DNA of 64,000 nt from Abditibacteriaceae bacterium. Its GTDB lineage: Bacteria; Armatimonadota; Abditibacteriia; Abditibacteriales; Abditibacteriaceae. Position numbers and translations under genes: made by a program. Below are positions 20,215-29,361 of the stretch, piece after piece (the first letter of the stretch is position 1; each line of letters starts with the position of its first letter). Location: assembly GCA_965277285.1 (NCBI GenBank), contig OZ255721.1:992001-1056000 (forward strand). The letters run 5' to 3'. Under the pieces are notes generated by a model. It searched no databases. It was given only the letters and a program-made list of their open reading frames with translations, and had not been told where the DNA came from.

Positions 20215-21261
20215 TTAGAAACCAGGAAAATGCTTTCTTATTTTGCCAATAACCGCGTCTTTGCCCATGTCTTCTACCACGCTGCCATCGCCTGAATTGT
20301 CGCTGTTGTTCGGCGCAGAGTTTTGCGTTGTATTGCCACCGTTCGCGTTATCGCTGTTGGCATCTGCATTGGCGGCATCGGCCATTCCCGACATGGCGCT
20401 GCCCATCATGGCTTTCATCATCGCCTGCGAACGCGCCTTCTCATAATCTTTGTCGGACAACAGCTTGAAATCGGCGGGCACCAAAAAATCGGCGTCGGTC
20501 AGTTTCGCCTGCGAAATCATGGTAGTTTCCTGCGCCATAATGACTTTTTCCGTATCGCCGTCGAACATCTTCATTTTGACGATAACGCCTTTAAAAGCCG
20601 TGGCGAAGGCTGCAATGTCGCCTTTTTGCTCGAATGTACAATCGCAATCGTCTTTGAAATGCACTTGCGAGATCGTGGCGACATCGTTGCGCAATCCACA
20701 ATCGAAGGTCGGAATATCGACATCGGCGACCCAGATTTCCTGCTTGGTACGAATATGGTCTTTGCCAGCGCAACCGTATTCCTGCATATCGGTTGTGAGG
20801 AGATAATGCCGCGCTTTTCGTGCGGCAATCATCTCCGTTCCCAGCGACTTCACATTGATGGTGCTGACGATTTTTCCGGTATCGTGTTTGGCTGGTTGCG
20901 ACGGAGCGTTGCTGATTGGTGTCGGAGTGGGTTGCACAACGTGGCCGTTTTTGTCCAGCGTATCAAGGGCGTAAATCTTCAACGCCGCGTCCCAACGAAC
21001 TTTCTGATGTTTGGCGCAGGTCGTGACAGTTGTTTCCGACTGCTTGAAACTGGCGATTTGCATCGACGAATCCATGCGCTGTTGCCCGGCGCGCGTGAAA
21101 GTCGTCATTGTCATCATGGGTTTTAAGGTGCCCGCCTCGCCGCTCGGCATACTGTTGACCTGCGTGTATTTGATGTCGGCGCGTGCTGCGCAACTCATCG
21201 CACCAACCGCCAAAACCAGACACGACATCGACGCCAAACGCTTGAGACCTTTGTTTTTCAT
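20215..21261 (-). CDS. Secreted hypothetical protein (DUF4412-like)
   Basis: Signal peptide ending ARA; GTEMIAARKARHY; FLVPADFK. Confidence 0.65.
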   Translation of the reverse strand: MKNKGLKRLASMSCLVLAVGAMSCAARADIKYTQVNSMPSGEAGTLKPMMTMTTFTRAGQQRMDSSMQIASFKQSETTVTTCAKHQKVRWDAALKIYALDTLDKNGHVVQPTPTPISNAPSQPAKHDTGKIVSTINVKSLGTEMIAARKARHYLLTTDMQEYGCAGKDHIRTKQEIWVADVDIPTFDCGLRNDVATISQVHFKDDCDCTFEQKGDIAAFATAFKGVIVKMKMFDGDTEKVIMAQETTMISQAKLTDADFLVPADFKLLSDKDYEKARSQAMMKAMMGSAMSGMADAANADANSDNANGGNTTQNSAPNNSDNSGDGSVVEDMGKDAVIGKIRKHFPGF

Positions 21262-21344
21262 ATCTTTCTCCATTGAAATCAGGCGTATCGAGTACTCGAT
21301 ACGGTTTTGTCCCGACCATTGTAACATGAAAACGAAAAGGATTG

Positions 21345-21980
21345 TTAGCGCGCGTCAGGAATCAGAATCGTGAACTCGTCGGACAGCGCGATATTATGCA
21401 AATTGCGACTTTCAATGCGAAAACGATGCGAACCAGGCGCCAAGCGCACGCGTTGAAAAACCGGCGCAAAGTTTTCGATCAAGTCGTCGTGAATCTCTTC
21501 GTCCGCGATAACGCGCGTTTCGCGCAACCAATAACCAATCGCGCCCGGCGCATCGTCAAACGAAAGCGTGGTAAAAACTTGCTTGTGTGGCTGCGTGAAC
21601 GTCGCCAAAACGCTCGTTACATCGACTTTCTGCACGTCGCCTTCTTCGCGCAACGGATCGGGGAAACCCAGTAGCTTGAAGTTCTCCGCCGCTTCATCCG
21701 CGCTCCACAAACCAGGTTGCGAAACTTGTTCATAGATTCGCATCAGCAATTGCTGCGAATGTTCAAAACCGGCGCGGCGCAGAGGACGATCAACCAATTC
21801 AATATCGGCCAACAAAGCACCGCGCAAAACTTCCAGTTGTTCTACGTCTTCAGGAAAGGCTTCGGTAATTTCTGGAAACATTTTGACGGCGCCAATAATT
21901 TCAGACAATCGCACCAGCACGGCGCCAGGCGAAACAGGAACAACACGCGGTTCGTTATGCATCATAAATCGAGTACTCAT
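21345..21980 (-). CDS. Hypothetical protein
   Basis: Long ORF with host-like codon usage; start uncertain. Confidence 0.55.
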   Translation of the reverse strand: MSTRFMMHNEPRVVPVSPGAVLVRLSEIIGAVKMFPEITEAFPEDVEQLEVLRGALLADIELVDRPLRRAGFEHSQQLLMRIYEQVSQPGLWSADEAAENFKLLGFPDPLREEGDVQKVDVTSVLATFTQPHKQVFTTLSFDDAPGAIGYWLRETRVIADEEIHDDLIENFAPVFQRVRLAPGSHRFRIESRNLHNIALSDEFTILIPDAR

Positions 21981-22042
21981 TTCAGGAAAAGATGCGGTTA
22001 TTATGACGCGTCGCGCCACATCGCGCAAAATCGACAGTGCTT

Positions 22043-22070
22043 GTAGGGACGCAGAAATCTGCGTCCCTAC
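22043..22070. repeat. GTAG-type REP (family C)
   Basis: gtagggacgcagaaatctgcgtccctac. Confidence 0.75.
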
Positions 22071-22102
22071 GAAACGGATGTGCCTCTGCACGTCGGGACG
22101 AT

Positions 22103-22612
22103 TCAATCGTCCCAATCTTCATCGGCATCGCGTCCCGACAACGAATTGGGCGCGTTCAAATGCGCGCCGTCATCAACGCCGACGCCCAGGCGATCCACCA
22201 ATTCGCCGCCCAGCCAGCTTGTAAATCCTGATAACGCCGCACCCGCGAACGACAAAGCGAGCGCCTTTTTGCCTGGATTTTCAGGGTGATCTTTGCGCAA
22301 AAGCCAACTTGCGCCGAACAACGTCAGGGCGAGAACATTTCCCAAGCCGTGCGCTTTGCCGACGGCTTTGGCGCGCGTCTCGTCGGGAATGGCCAGCCAG
22401 TCGCGCGTGCCGAAAGGCGCTGCCAACAATCCGCCCAGAATGCCCGCGCCCAAAAGATGCTGCGCAGTTTCCGACAGCTTTTTGCGCTTGGTTTCATCGC
22501 CGCTGGTCAATGCCAAGGTGTCGAAAATCGCCGCCGTTGCCAAAAGTCCCAGCGGAAATACGATCAAAATCGTGTGCGCCGGATGTCCGAAAATCTTGCT
22601 TTTACTTTCCAT
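22103..22612 (-). CDS. DUF2231 membrane protein
   Basis: GHPAHTILIVFPLG, HGLGN, WLGGELVDRLGVGV. Confidence 0.85.
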   Translation of the reverse strand: MESKSKIFGHPAHTILIVFPLGLLATAAIFDTLALTSGDETKRKKLSETAQHLLGAGILGGLLAAPFGTRDWLAIPDETRAKAVGKAHGLGNVLALTLFGASWLLRKDHPENPGKKALALSFAGAALSGFTSWLGGELVDRLGVGVDDGAHLNAPNSLSGRDADEDWDD

Positions 22613-23744
22613 TTTTCACCTCGTGTTGTTTGGCTTCGTCTTGCAATCGAGTACTCAAAAGCGCCATCACAGCGGCTTCTTCCGGTTCCAGTTGCGACAA
22701 TTCGTCCATTTCCTGTGCCACATATCGCTCTAAACCACCAGCTAACGAACCGTCCAAATAGGAATCAATCACGGCGGGATGCACGTAACATTTGCGGCAA
22801 ACGCTCGGCGTATTGCCCAATTGCTTCGAGACGTTTTCAATCGCTTGCATGATATTTCTTTTGGCCTGCGTTTCGGAATCGAACTTCTCGAACTCCTGCA
22901 ACGCCAACGATGCCAGAACCGTTCCGGCCCAGGTGCGAAAATCTTTCGCCGTAAAATCTTCGCCGCTGATTTCCTTCAGGTAATCGTTGACATCGTGCGA
23001 AGAAACCGAATGCGTTGCGCCCTGCTCGTCCACGAATTGAAAAACTTCCTGGCCTGGCAAATCCGACAGTTTTTCAAGCACGCGCGCCAAACGACGGTCG
23101 TTCAAATCAATCGAATGACGGACGCCGCTTTTGCCCTTGAACTGAAAATGAATGGTCGCGCCGTGCACATCGACGTGACGGTTGCGCATCGTCGTCAAGC
23201 CATAAGATTTGTTAGATTTCGAGTACTCTTCGTTGCCGACGCGGATCAGAGTTTTTTCGAGCAATTGCACCAGAGCGGCGAGAACGCGTTCGCGTGATAA
23301 ATCGGGCCTTTGAAGGTCAGCGTTCGTGCGTTGGCGGATGTGAGGAAGTGCGCGGCCAAAACTCATCAGGCGAGAGTATTTGGTTTCGTCGCGCACGGCT
23401 CGCCATTTCGTGTGATAACGATATTGCTTGCGACCGCGCGCATCAATGCCCGTCGCCTGCAAATGTCCATTTTCCAGCGGACAAATCCACACATCGCGGT
23501 AAGCCGGAGGAATCGCCAGCGACTTAATTCTGTCCAACGTCGCTTGGTCGCGCACCGGTTTTCCATCGGGATCGACATAACGGAAACTTTGCCCGCTTTT
23601 CAAGCGCCTAATGCCCGCGCTGTCATCGTGAACATAGCGCAAATGCGCCGCTTTCGCCGCTTCAACGGGGTCTTTGATAATTGGCGGCAACTCAATCTTC
23701 TTCTGGCGTTTCGCGCGAGGTTTAACTGGCATTCGAGTACTCAT
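22602..23744 (-). CDS. Bacterial (poxvirus-like) DNA topoisomerase IB
   Basis: GRKQYRYH, IRVGNEEY, FKGKSG, TAKDFRTW, LGNTPSVCRKCYVHP. Confidence 0.92.
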   Translation of the reverse strand: MSTRMPVKPRAKRQKKIELPPIIKDPVEAAKAAHLRYVHDDSAGIRRLKSGQSFRYVDPDGKPVRDQATLDRIKSLAIPPAYRDVWICPLENGHLQATGIDARGRKQYRYHTKWRAVRDETKYSRLMSFGRALPHIRQRTNADLQRPDLSRERVLAALVQLLEKTLIRVGNEEYSKSNKSYGLTTMRNRHVDVHGATIHFQFKGKSGVRHSIDLNDRRLARVLEKLSDLPGQEVFQFVDEQGATHSVSSHDVNDYLKEISGEDFTAKDFRTWAGTVLASLALQEFEKFDSETQAKRNIMQAIENVSKQLGNTPSVCRKCYVHPAVIDSYLDGSLAGGLERYVAQEMDELSQLEPEEAAVMALLSTRLQDEAKQHEVKNGK

Positions 23745-23787
23745 AACGCGCCGCGCGTGTCAATTTTGAGGCCGAGAACGAGTAGCT

Positions 23788-24297
23788 TCAATTGTTTGTC
23801 AATGACTTGTGTCTTTGCAAAAGCTGGAGGAAGTAAGCGTCCATTCGCTTTCTCGGCCCGCCACCTATATCAACACTTGCGCCAGGTGTCAGCTCAATAT
23901 CTCCAAATTTCTTCCTGCCCAAATCGTAATAGATACAACCGACTAACTGTTTGCCGGATACGAAACGGAATTTTCTGTCTCCCATTTCGCCTCCATTCCT
24001 AACGGTGAACCGAGATGCTTTTTCGTAGAAGTCTATTGCATTAATCAAATCCTGCTCATCTTGGCCGCGCAAAACAAAAATCGGCTTTCTTTGTGCCGCT
24101 TCGCAAGCATCGGTGGAGCAGTAACCAAAGTCATAAACACGTACTTCGTCCACATTTTTCAACGCTTCTCGAAACTTCAAAGTTGCTTCTGTGGGCGGCC
24201 CATATTCGCGGCGCCAATGTAGATACGCCAAAGCGACCAAAAGCATAAGCGCGATTGAGGTGGCACACCAAACTTCCAACTTGCGTTTCTTTGTCAT
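23788..24297 (-). CDS. Hypothetical protein with N-terminal TM helix
   Basis: ORF of lower GC than neighbours. Confidence 0.55.
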   Translation of the reverse strand: MTKKRKLEVWCATSIALMLLVALAYLHWRREYGPPTEATLKFREALKNVDEVRVYDFGYCSTDACEAAQRKPIFVLRGQDEQDLINAIDFYEKASRFTVRNGGEMGDRKFRFVSGKQLVGCIYYDLGRKKFGDIELTPGASVDIGGGPRKRMDAYFLQLLQRHKSLTNN

Positions 24298-24314
24298 ACA
24301 GATGTCGTAAAGAC

Positions 24315-24385
24315 TTCGTAGGGACGCCAGCTTGCTGCGTCCGTTTATTCATAACGCGGACGCAGCAAGCTGGCGTCCCTACGAA
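24315..24385. repeat. GTAG-type REPIN pair (family C)
   Basis: gtagggacgccagcttgctgcgtccg ... cggacgcagcaagctggcgtccctac. Confidence 0.8.
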
Positions 24386-24406
24386 ACCACCGTTTTGAAC
24401 TCTGCC

Positions 24407-25594
24407 TCAGCTTTCGCTCAAACGCTTCGCTTCGCCGTTCAGCATTTCGTGGGTTTCGCGCAAAATCTGCGGAATCTTTTCTTTGAACGGGCTGTTCTTC
24501 AGCAACGGTTCGAGTACTCGATCTTGCACTTCGTTGGCTTTGTCGCCAGGAAAAAAGTGGTCGTTTTTGCCCAGCAGATTGTAGCGACCACGCGCCCAAT
24601 CTTCCAGGTCGAACGATTTGGCGTATGTGTACAAACGCAAAATCTCCAGCACGTTGATGTCGCCCGGCATGTCGTGCGCTTCCGGCACGCCTTCAAACCA
24701 ACGACGGCGCCAATCGCTGCCCACAACGCGATCTATTTCGGCTTCCAACTTCGCCTGAATCGGCGCGATCGTTTCCGCCGCGTTGTCGTACCATTCTAAT
24801 GACGAAACGTGTTCGTCAAAGTCTGATGGTTTATCGGCACCGACGCTGAGCGTATGGACTTGAGGATGCGACAGGCAATACAAATCGTTAAATTGAATCG
24901 GCGACAGCGGCGCGCAAAGTTCTTTCAATTTCGGCGAAGGGTCTTGCAAGCGTCCGCCTTTATCGGTTGGCGAAATAATAAAAACGCCCATATCTTGCTT
25001 GGTCGCGGCTTCGATGGACGGCCAGTTCAGGTTGTTGACGAAATACCAGTGAACGTTGAAATAATCAAATTCGCCTGTGTTGCAGGCCGCAGTAATCGCG
25101 CTTTCCGGCCCGTGCGTCGAAAACCCAATGAAGCGCACGCGCCCTTCTTTTTGAAAGCGCCGCGCGACTTCCATCAAGCCGCCTTTGCGCATGACATAAT
25201 CCAAAAGTTGCGCGTTGTTCAAGCCGTGAAAAGACAGCAAATCGACATAACCCAACTGCAGATATTGCATCGATTTCTCGAATTTTTCGATAAACGTCGC
25301 TTGATCTTCCGAAACGCCGACTTTGGTCTGGATAATCATCTTTTCGCGCGGCAAGGTCGGCAAAATCCGCCCCAGTTGCATTTCGCTGGTGCCATAACCG
25401 CGCGCCGTCTCGATGTGATTGATGCCCAGTTCCACGGCGCGATGAATCGTCGCTTCCAGGTTTTCCTGATTGGCCGGATCAATGTCTTTCGGGTCGAGAT
25501 CGCCCCACGCTTGCTGATAACGCATTCCGCCGCACGAAAAAACCGGCATCTGCAATTCCGTCCGACCAAAACGACGATATTTCATTGGGTTCAT
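24407..25594 (-). CDS. Aldo/keto reductase family protein
   Basis: YRRFGRTEL, NHIETARGYGTSE, QTK, IGFSTHG. Confidence 0.88.
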   Translation of the reverse strand: MNPMKYRRFGRTELQMPVFSCGGMRYQQAWGDLDPKDIDPANQENLEATIHRAVELGINHIETARGYGTSEMQLGRILPTLPREKMIIQTKVGVSEDQATFIEKFEKSMQYLQLGYVDLLSFHGLNNAQLLDYVMRKGGLMEVARRFQKEGRVRFIGFSTHGPESAITAACNTGEFDYFNVHWYFVNNLNWPSIEAATKQDMGVFIISPTDKGGRLQDPSPKLKELCAPLSPIQFNDLYCLSHPQVHTLSVGADKPSDFDEHVSSLEWYDNAAETIAPIQAKLEAEIDRVVGSDWRRRWFEGVPEAHDMPGDINVLEILRLYTYAKSFDLEDWARGRYNLLGKNDHFFPGDKANEVQDRVLEPLLKNSPFKEKIPQILRETHEMLNGEAKRLSES

Positions 25595-25649
25595 AATTTC
25601 CTTTGAACAACAGAGACAACAGCAAAAGAGTCGAGTACTCGAAACTATC

Positions 25650-25749
25650 AGTTTGTCATTCTGAGCGCAGCGAAGAATCTATCTGTAGGCCAGATTCGGG
25701 TGCCCTTTGGGCGGCGGGTGCCCTACGGGCAGGCTCAGAATGACAAACT
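25650..25749. repeat. Inverted repeat pair, family B, with internal insert
   Basis: gtttgtcattctgagcgcagcgaagaatct ... gctcagaatgacaaact. Confidence 0.75.
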
Positions 25750-25778
25750 CTGACTCTTTCGTTCCGGGTCTGTGTTGT

Positions 25779-27020
25779 TTATGTATTTTTCAAGTATTGC
25801 TGCGCCGCGACTAAATCGGCGGGCGTGTCGATGGCGATATTCACAACATCCTGGACTTCGAGTACTCGAATTGTGACGCCGTTTTCCAATGCGCGCAACT
25901 GTTCCAACTTTTCGATTTGCTCCAGGCGCGACGGCGGCAACTGCGCCATTTGCAACAGCCATTTTGCGTCATACGCATAAACGCCCAAATGCCGCAGTTT
26001 GCTCGTTCTTTCACTTTTCGCATCGCGCTGAAATGGAATCGAAGCACGCGAAAAATACAGCGCGTTACCGTTCTGGTCGGTGACAACTTTGACGACGTTG
26101 CTGTCTTCGATTTGCGCGGCGTCTTCAATCGGCGTCGCCAGTGTCGCCATTTTCAAAGCGGGTTCGTCGCGCATCGCTTGAATTAAAACGTCCAAATGCG
26201 CCGCATTGATAAATGGTTCGTCGCCTTGCACGTTGACGACGATCAGGCGTTCGTCGGCATCCAGCGCGTTCTCTTTCGAGTACTCGATAACGGCTTCTGC
26301 GATGCGGTCAGTGCCAGTTTCGCAACCTGCGCTTGTTATGGCGATACGCACGTTTTTTTCATCGAAGTTTTGTGCGATCTGGCGCGCGATTCGGTTGTCA
26401 TCGGTGGCGACCAAGATCGGAAGATCGGCCTGCGTGTGCAAAGCGCGTTCGACAACGTGTTCGATGACGCTTTGATTGCCAAGATTCGCCAAAGGCTTGC
26501 CAGGAAAACGCGTCGAAGCATAACGACTGGGAATGACGATCAGACAACGCGCACGGTGTTCGTTCAATTTCTTCAAAGTGTTGGTCGTCGAAAACCCTTC
26601 CAGCAACGGAACGATAACGATTTCGCCGCCATATTTTTGAACCGTTGCGGCTTCCGGCAAATCTTCAACGCGATAATCGCCGCCTTTGACATGAACGTTC
26701 GGGCGCACGTTTTCCAATGTGGAAATCGGCGTGTCGTCTTCGTAAATGCAAACAGCATCCACGCAGCGCAACGCATCGAGCACCAAAGCACGCGCGTTTT
26801 GGTCGTTGATCGGGCGCGAATCGCCTTTCAAGCGGCGCACCGACGCATCAGAGTTCAGCCCGACGATCAGGCAATCGCCCAGCGTTCGCGCGTGTTGCAA
26901 AAGTTCGACGTGTCCGGCGTGCAGAATATCGAAGCAGCCGTTTGTCCAGACAATTTTCTGGCCGCGCGCGCGACGTTGGTCGCACCACGCAGATGATTCC
27001 GACGAAGAGAAGATGGCCAT
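25779..27020 (-). CDS. kdsB: Fusion of heptose-1-phosphate adenylyltransferase (RfaE domain II/HldC) and CMP-Kdo synthetase
   Basis: TNGCFDILHAGH, GLNSDASV, VKGGDY, then IPSRYASTRFPGKPL, GTDRI, NVQGDEP, EKLEQLRALENG. Confidence 0.88.
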   Translation of the reverse strand: MAIFSSSESSAWCDQRRARGQKIVWTNGCFDILHAGHVELLQHARTLGDCLIVGLNSDASVRRLKGDSRPINDQNARALVLDALRCVDAVCIYEDDTPISTLENVRPNVHVKGGDYRVEDLPEAATVQKYGGEIVIVPLLEGFSTTNTLKKLNEHRARCLIVIPSRYASTRFPGKPLANLGNQSVIEHVVERALHTQADLPILVATDDNRIARQIAQNFDEKNVRIAITSAGCETGTDRIAEAVIEYSKENALDADERLIVVNVQGDEPFINAAHLDVLIQAMRDEPALKMATLATPIEDAAQIEDSNVVKVVTDQNGNALYFSRASIPFQRDAKSERTSKLRHLGVYAYDAKWLLQMAQLPPSRLEQIEKLEQLRALENGVTIRVLEVQDVVNIAIDTPADLVAAQQYLKNT

Positions 27021-27070
27021 GCGCAGTTTACGAAACTCTCGATTAATGAAGATTAGCGCCCAAAACGAGA

Positions 27071-27147
27071 TTACAGAACCCCAAGCGTGAGCGCGGGGCT
27101 GACGTAGATGTGAGTTCAGCCCCGCGCTCACGCTTGGGGTTCTGTAA
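27071..27147. repeat. REPIN-like pair, family A variant
   Basis: ttacagaaccccaagcgtgagcgcggggctga ... tcagccccgcgctcacgcttggggttctgtaa. Confidence 0.85.
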
Positions 27148-27194
27148 CTTTCAACAGCGAACAGCTTTGTCGCGCAATTAAAAAGTCTGAGGCA

Positions 27195-28235
27195 TCAAAT
27201 TTCATTGGCGACGCGTCGCACTTCTTCGGGCGTGACGGCGACCACACCGACGTGACGCACGCTGGCCGCCGCCGCAATGTTGCCGATTTCGCTGGCGCGC
27301 ACCGCATCGGCGCCGCCCATCAAGGCCGCTGTCGCTGCCGCCAGAAAAGAATCGCCCGCGCCCGCGACATCGAAAACTTCGACTTCGTGAGCCGGAATGT
27401 GGCGCGGCGCCCGGCCTTCCTGAAACAAGGAAACGCCGCGCCCGCCGCGCGTAATCACCAACGCCCGCGCGCCGCTGCCCACGCGTAACGCTTCGCCAGC
27501 GGCCGCCACGGCTTCGGTCGTGTCGAGTTTGAGGCCGCTCGCTTCGCTGGCTTCTTTCTGGTTGAGCGACAGAAAATCGGCGCCCGCGAAACAGTTCATG
27601 TTATGCGGTTTGGGGCCGCCCGTCACGCGCAAACCGGCGGCTTTTCGAGTACTCGATTGCGCGCAAAGGACGGCTTTGGCCAGCACGCCGCAAGAGGCCA
27701 TTCCCTTGTCGTAATCGGAAACGCATAGCGCTGCGGCGTCATTCAAGGCGGCATTTAAGCGCGTGCCCAGTTCGTCTTGAATAGTCTGCGAAAACGCTTC
27801 ATCGCTTTCGCGGTCGACGCGCACCATTTGCTGGCGCTGCGCCACGATGCGCGTTTTGAGCGTGGTCGGGCGAGAACTGTCGCACACCAAACCCGAAACA
27901 TCGGCGCCCGCTTCTTCCAGTTCGCGCGCTAAATCGCGGCCTGCATCGTCATCGCCGACCACGCCGACGACGCGCACGCGCGTTCCCAAGCGCAACAAGT
28001 TCATGGCGACATTGGCCGCGCCACCGGGCGCTGTGCGACGCTCGGTCAGGCGCACAACGGGAACCGGCGCTTCGGGACTGATGCGATTCGCCTGGCCAAT
28101 AATCCATTCGTCCAACATCAAATCGCCCGCGACAACGACGATTTTCCCCGACGCCGCCGCGAAATAATCCTCGACGCGCAAAGGTGAATTGGTGAACGAC
28201 GCAGCGGGGCTTGCGCTATCGTTTTTCAAAGGCAA
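27195..28235 (-). CDS. Heptose-7-phosphate kinase (RfaE domain I/HldA, PfkB family)
   Basis: GDLMLDEW, RISPEAPVPV, GGAANVA, SDYDKG, DVAGAGD. Confidence 0.88.
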   Translation of the reverse strand: MPLKNDSASPAASFTNSPLRVEDYFAAASGKIVVVAGDLMLDEWIIGQANRISPEAPVPVVRLTERRTAPGGAANVAMNLLRLGTRVRVVGVVGDDDAGRDLARELEEAGADVSGLVCDSSRPTTLKTRIVAQRQQMVRVDRESDEAFSQTIQDELGTRLNAALNDAAALCVSDYDKGMASCGVLAKAVLCAQSSTRKAAGLRVTGGPKPHNMNCFAGADFLSLNQKEASEASGLKLDTTEAVAAAGEALRVGSGARALVITRGGRGVSLFQEGRAPRHIPAHEVEVFDVAGAGDSFLAAATAALMGGADAVRASEIGNIAAAASVRHVGVVAVTPEEVRRVANEI

Positions 28236-28251
28236 GATGGAGGGCGCGTGA

Positions 28252-29262
28252 TTACGAGTGGGAGTTGTGATGAGAAGATTCCTTTTTCGAGTACTCGAAA
28301 CGGCGCAAACGGTCGTTCACGGCGGCCACCAGCAAAGGAATCGTCAGTTCGTGATGTCCCGTAATCGAAATGCCGCGCCCTTTGCCATCGGTCAATTCGT
28401 TGGCGCGGCGCACGGGATTCCACGTACTGCGATAATGCTGGATGAAGTCGAAGTTTACTCCGGTGAAGTCGCGCACGTCATGCCCCAAATTGCGACACAC
28501 CGCCAGAGATTTTTCAATAATCGTCGGCAACAGCACGCTCGAACCGATGTTGATCAAAACGCCGCCACTTAATTGCGACACCGCGTGCGCGAAAATCTTG
28601 AAATCGTTAAAACTCGCCGCGCCCGTTGCAGCGCCATCGTGCGACGGTTGCGGATGTGGAATATCGCTGCCCAGCGCGACATGAATCGTCATCGGAACGT
28701 GATAGTTCAAAGCTGCGACGAGCAAGCTTAGATCGCTGTGCGGTGCCAATCCCTGCGCTTTTTCTTCCAACAAATCGGCGCCCAAAGTTTCGCCGAAACC
28801 GTGATTATTCATGTGCGCTTTTTTCGCCGCACCGTTAATAAATTCGCCGGTTTCGCGCGCCATGCCGAACAATCCGGTCTTGATTCCGGCTCCGACATCT
28901 TCGCTGGTCACGCCAAAACGCGCGACTTCAGTATCGTGAACCGCGCCCGCGCCATTGGTCGCCAGCGCATCGAGTACGCCATTGCGCATCCAGTCGATGA
29001 GAAGCGGCGACAATCCGACTTTAATGACGTGCGCGCCCATTGTCACGATGACTTTGCGATTGTTCAGTTTGGCATCGACAATTGCATCGACAACGGCGCG
29101 CAGTTCGCGTCCCGCTAAAATGTCGGGCAGCGAATCGTAGAAATCGGAAAAACTGGCGTTGGCTTCGAGAGTTCGCGCAAATTCACTGGTGGCGACTTTG
29201 TTTTCGCGCTCGCGCACCGAATAAGTTTTGACCTGCGATAAATCGAGTTGAGGAAAAGGCAT
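28252..29262 (-). CDS. Deoxyhypusine-synthase-like protein (GSU2086-type)
   Basis: MGAHVIKVGL, NGAGAVHD.E, GSSVLLP, GHHEL.IP. Confidence 0.65.
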   Translation of the reverse strand: MPFPQLDLSQVKTYSVRERENKVATSEFARTLEANASFSDFYDSLPDILAGRELRAVVDAIVDAKLNNRKVIVTMGAHVIKVGLSPLLIDWMRNGVLDALATNGAGAVHDTEVARFGVTSEDVGAGIKTGLFGMARETGEFINGAAKKAHMNNHGFGETLGADLLEEKAQGLAPHSDLSLLVAALNYHVPMTIHVALGSDIPHPQPSHDGAATGAASFNDFKIFAHAVSQLSGGVLINIGSSVLLPTIIEKSLAVCRNLGHDVRDFTGVNFDFIQHYRSTWNPVRRANELTDGKGRGISITGHHELTIPLLVAAVNDRLRRFEYSKKESSHHNSHS

Positions 29263-29275
29263 AAATCAAATTTGA

Positions 29276-29346
29276 CAGAACCCCAAGCGTAAGCGCGGGG
29301 CTGAATTGACATCTAAGTCAGCCCCGCGCTTACGCTTGGGGTTCTG
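29276..29346. repeat. REPIN-like pair, family A variant
   Basis: cagaaccccaagcgtaagcgcggggctga ... tcagccccgcgcttacgcttggggttctg. Confidence 0.85.
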
Positions 29347-29361
29347 CGGGGCAGTCGAACT

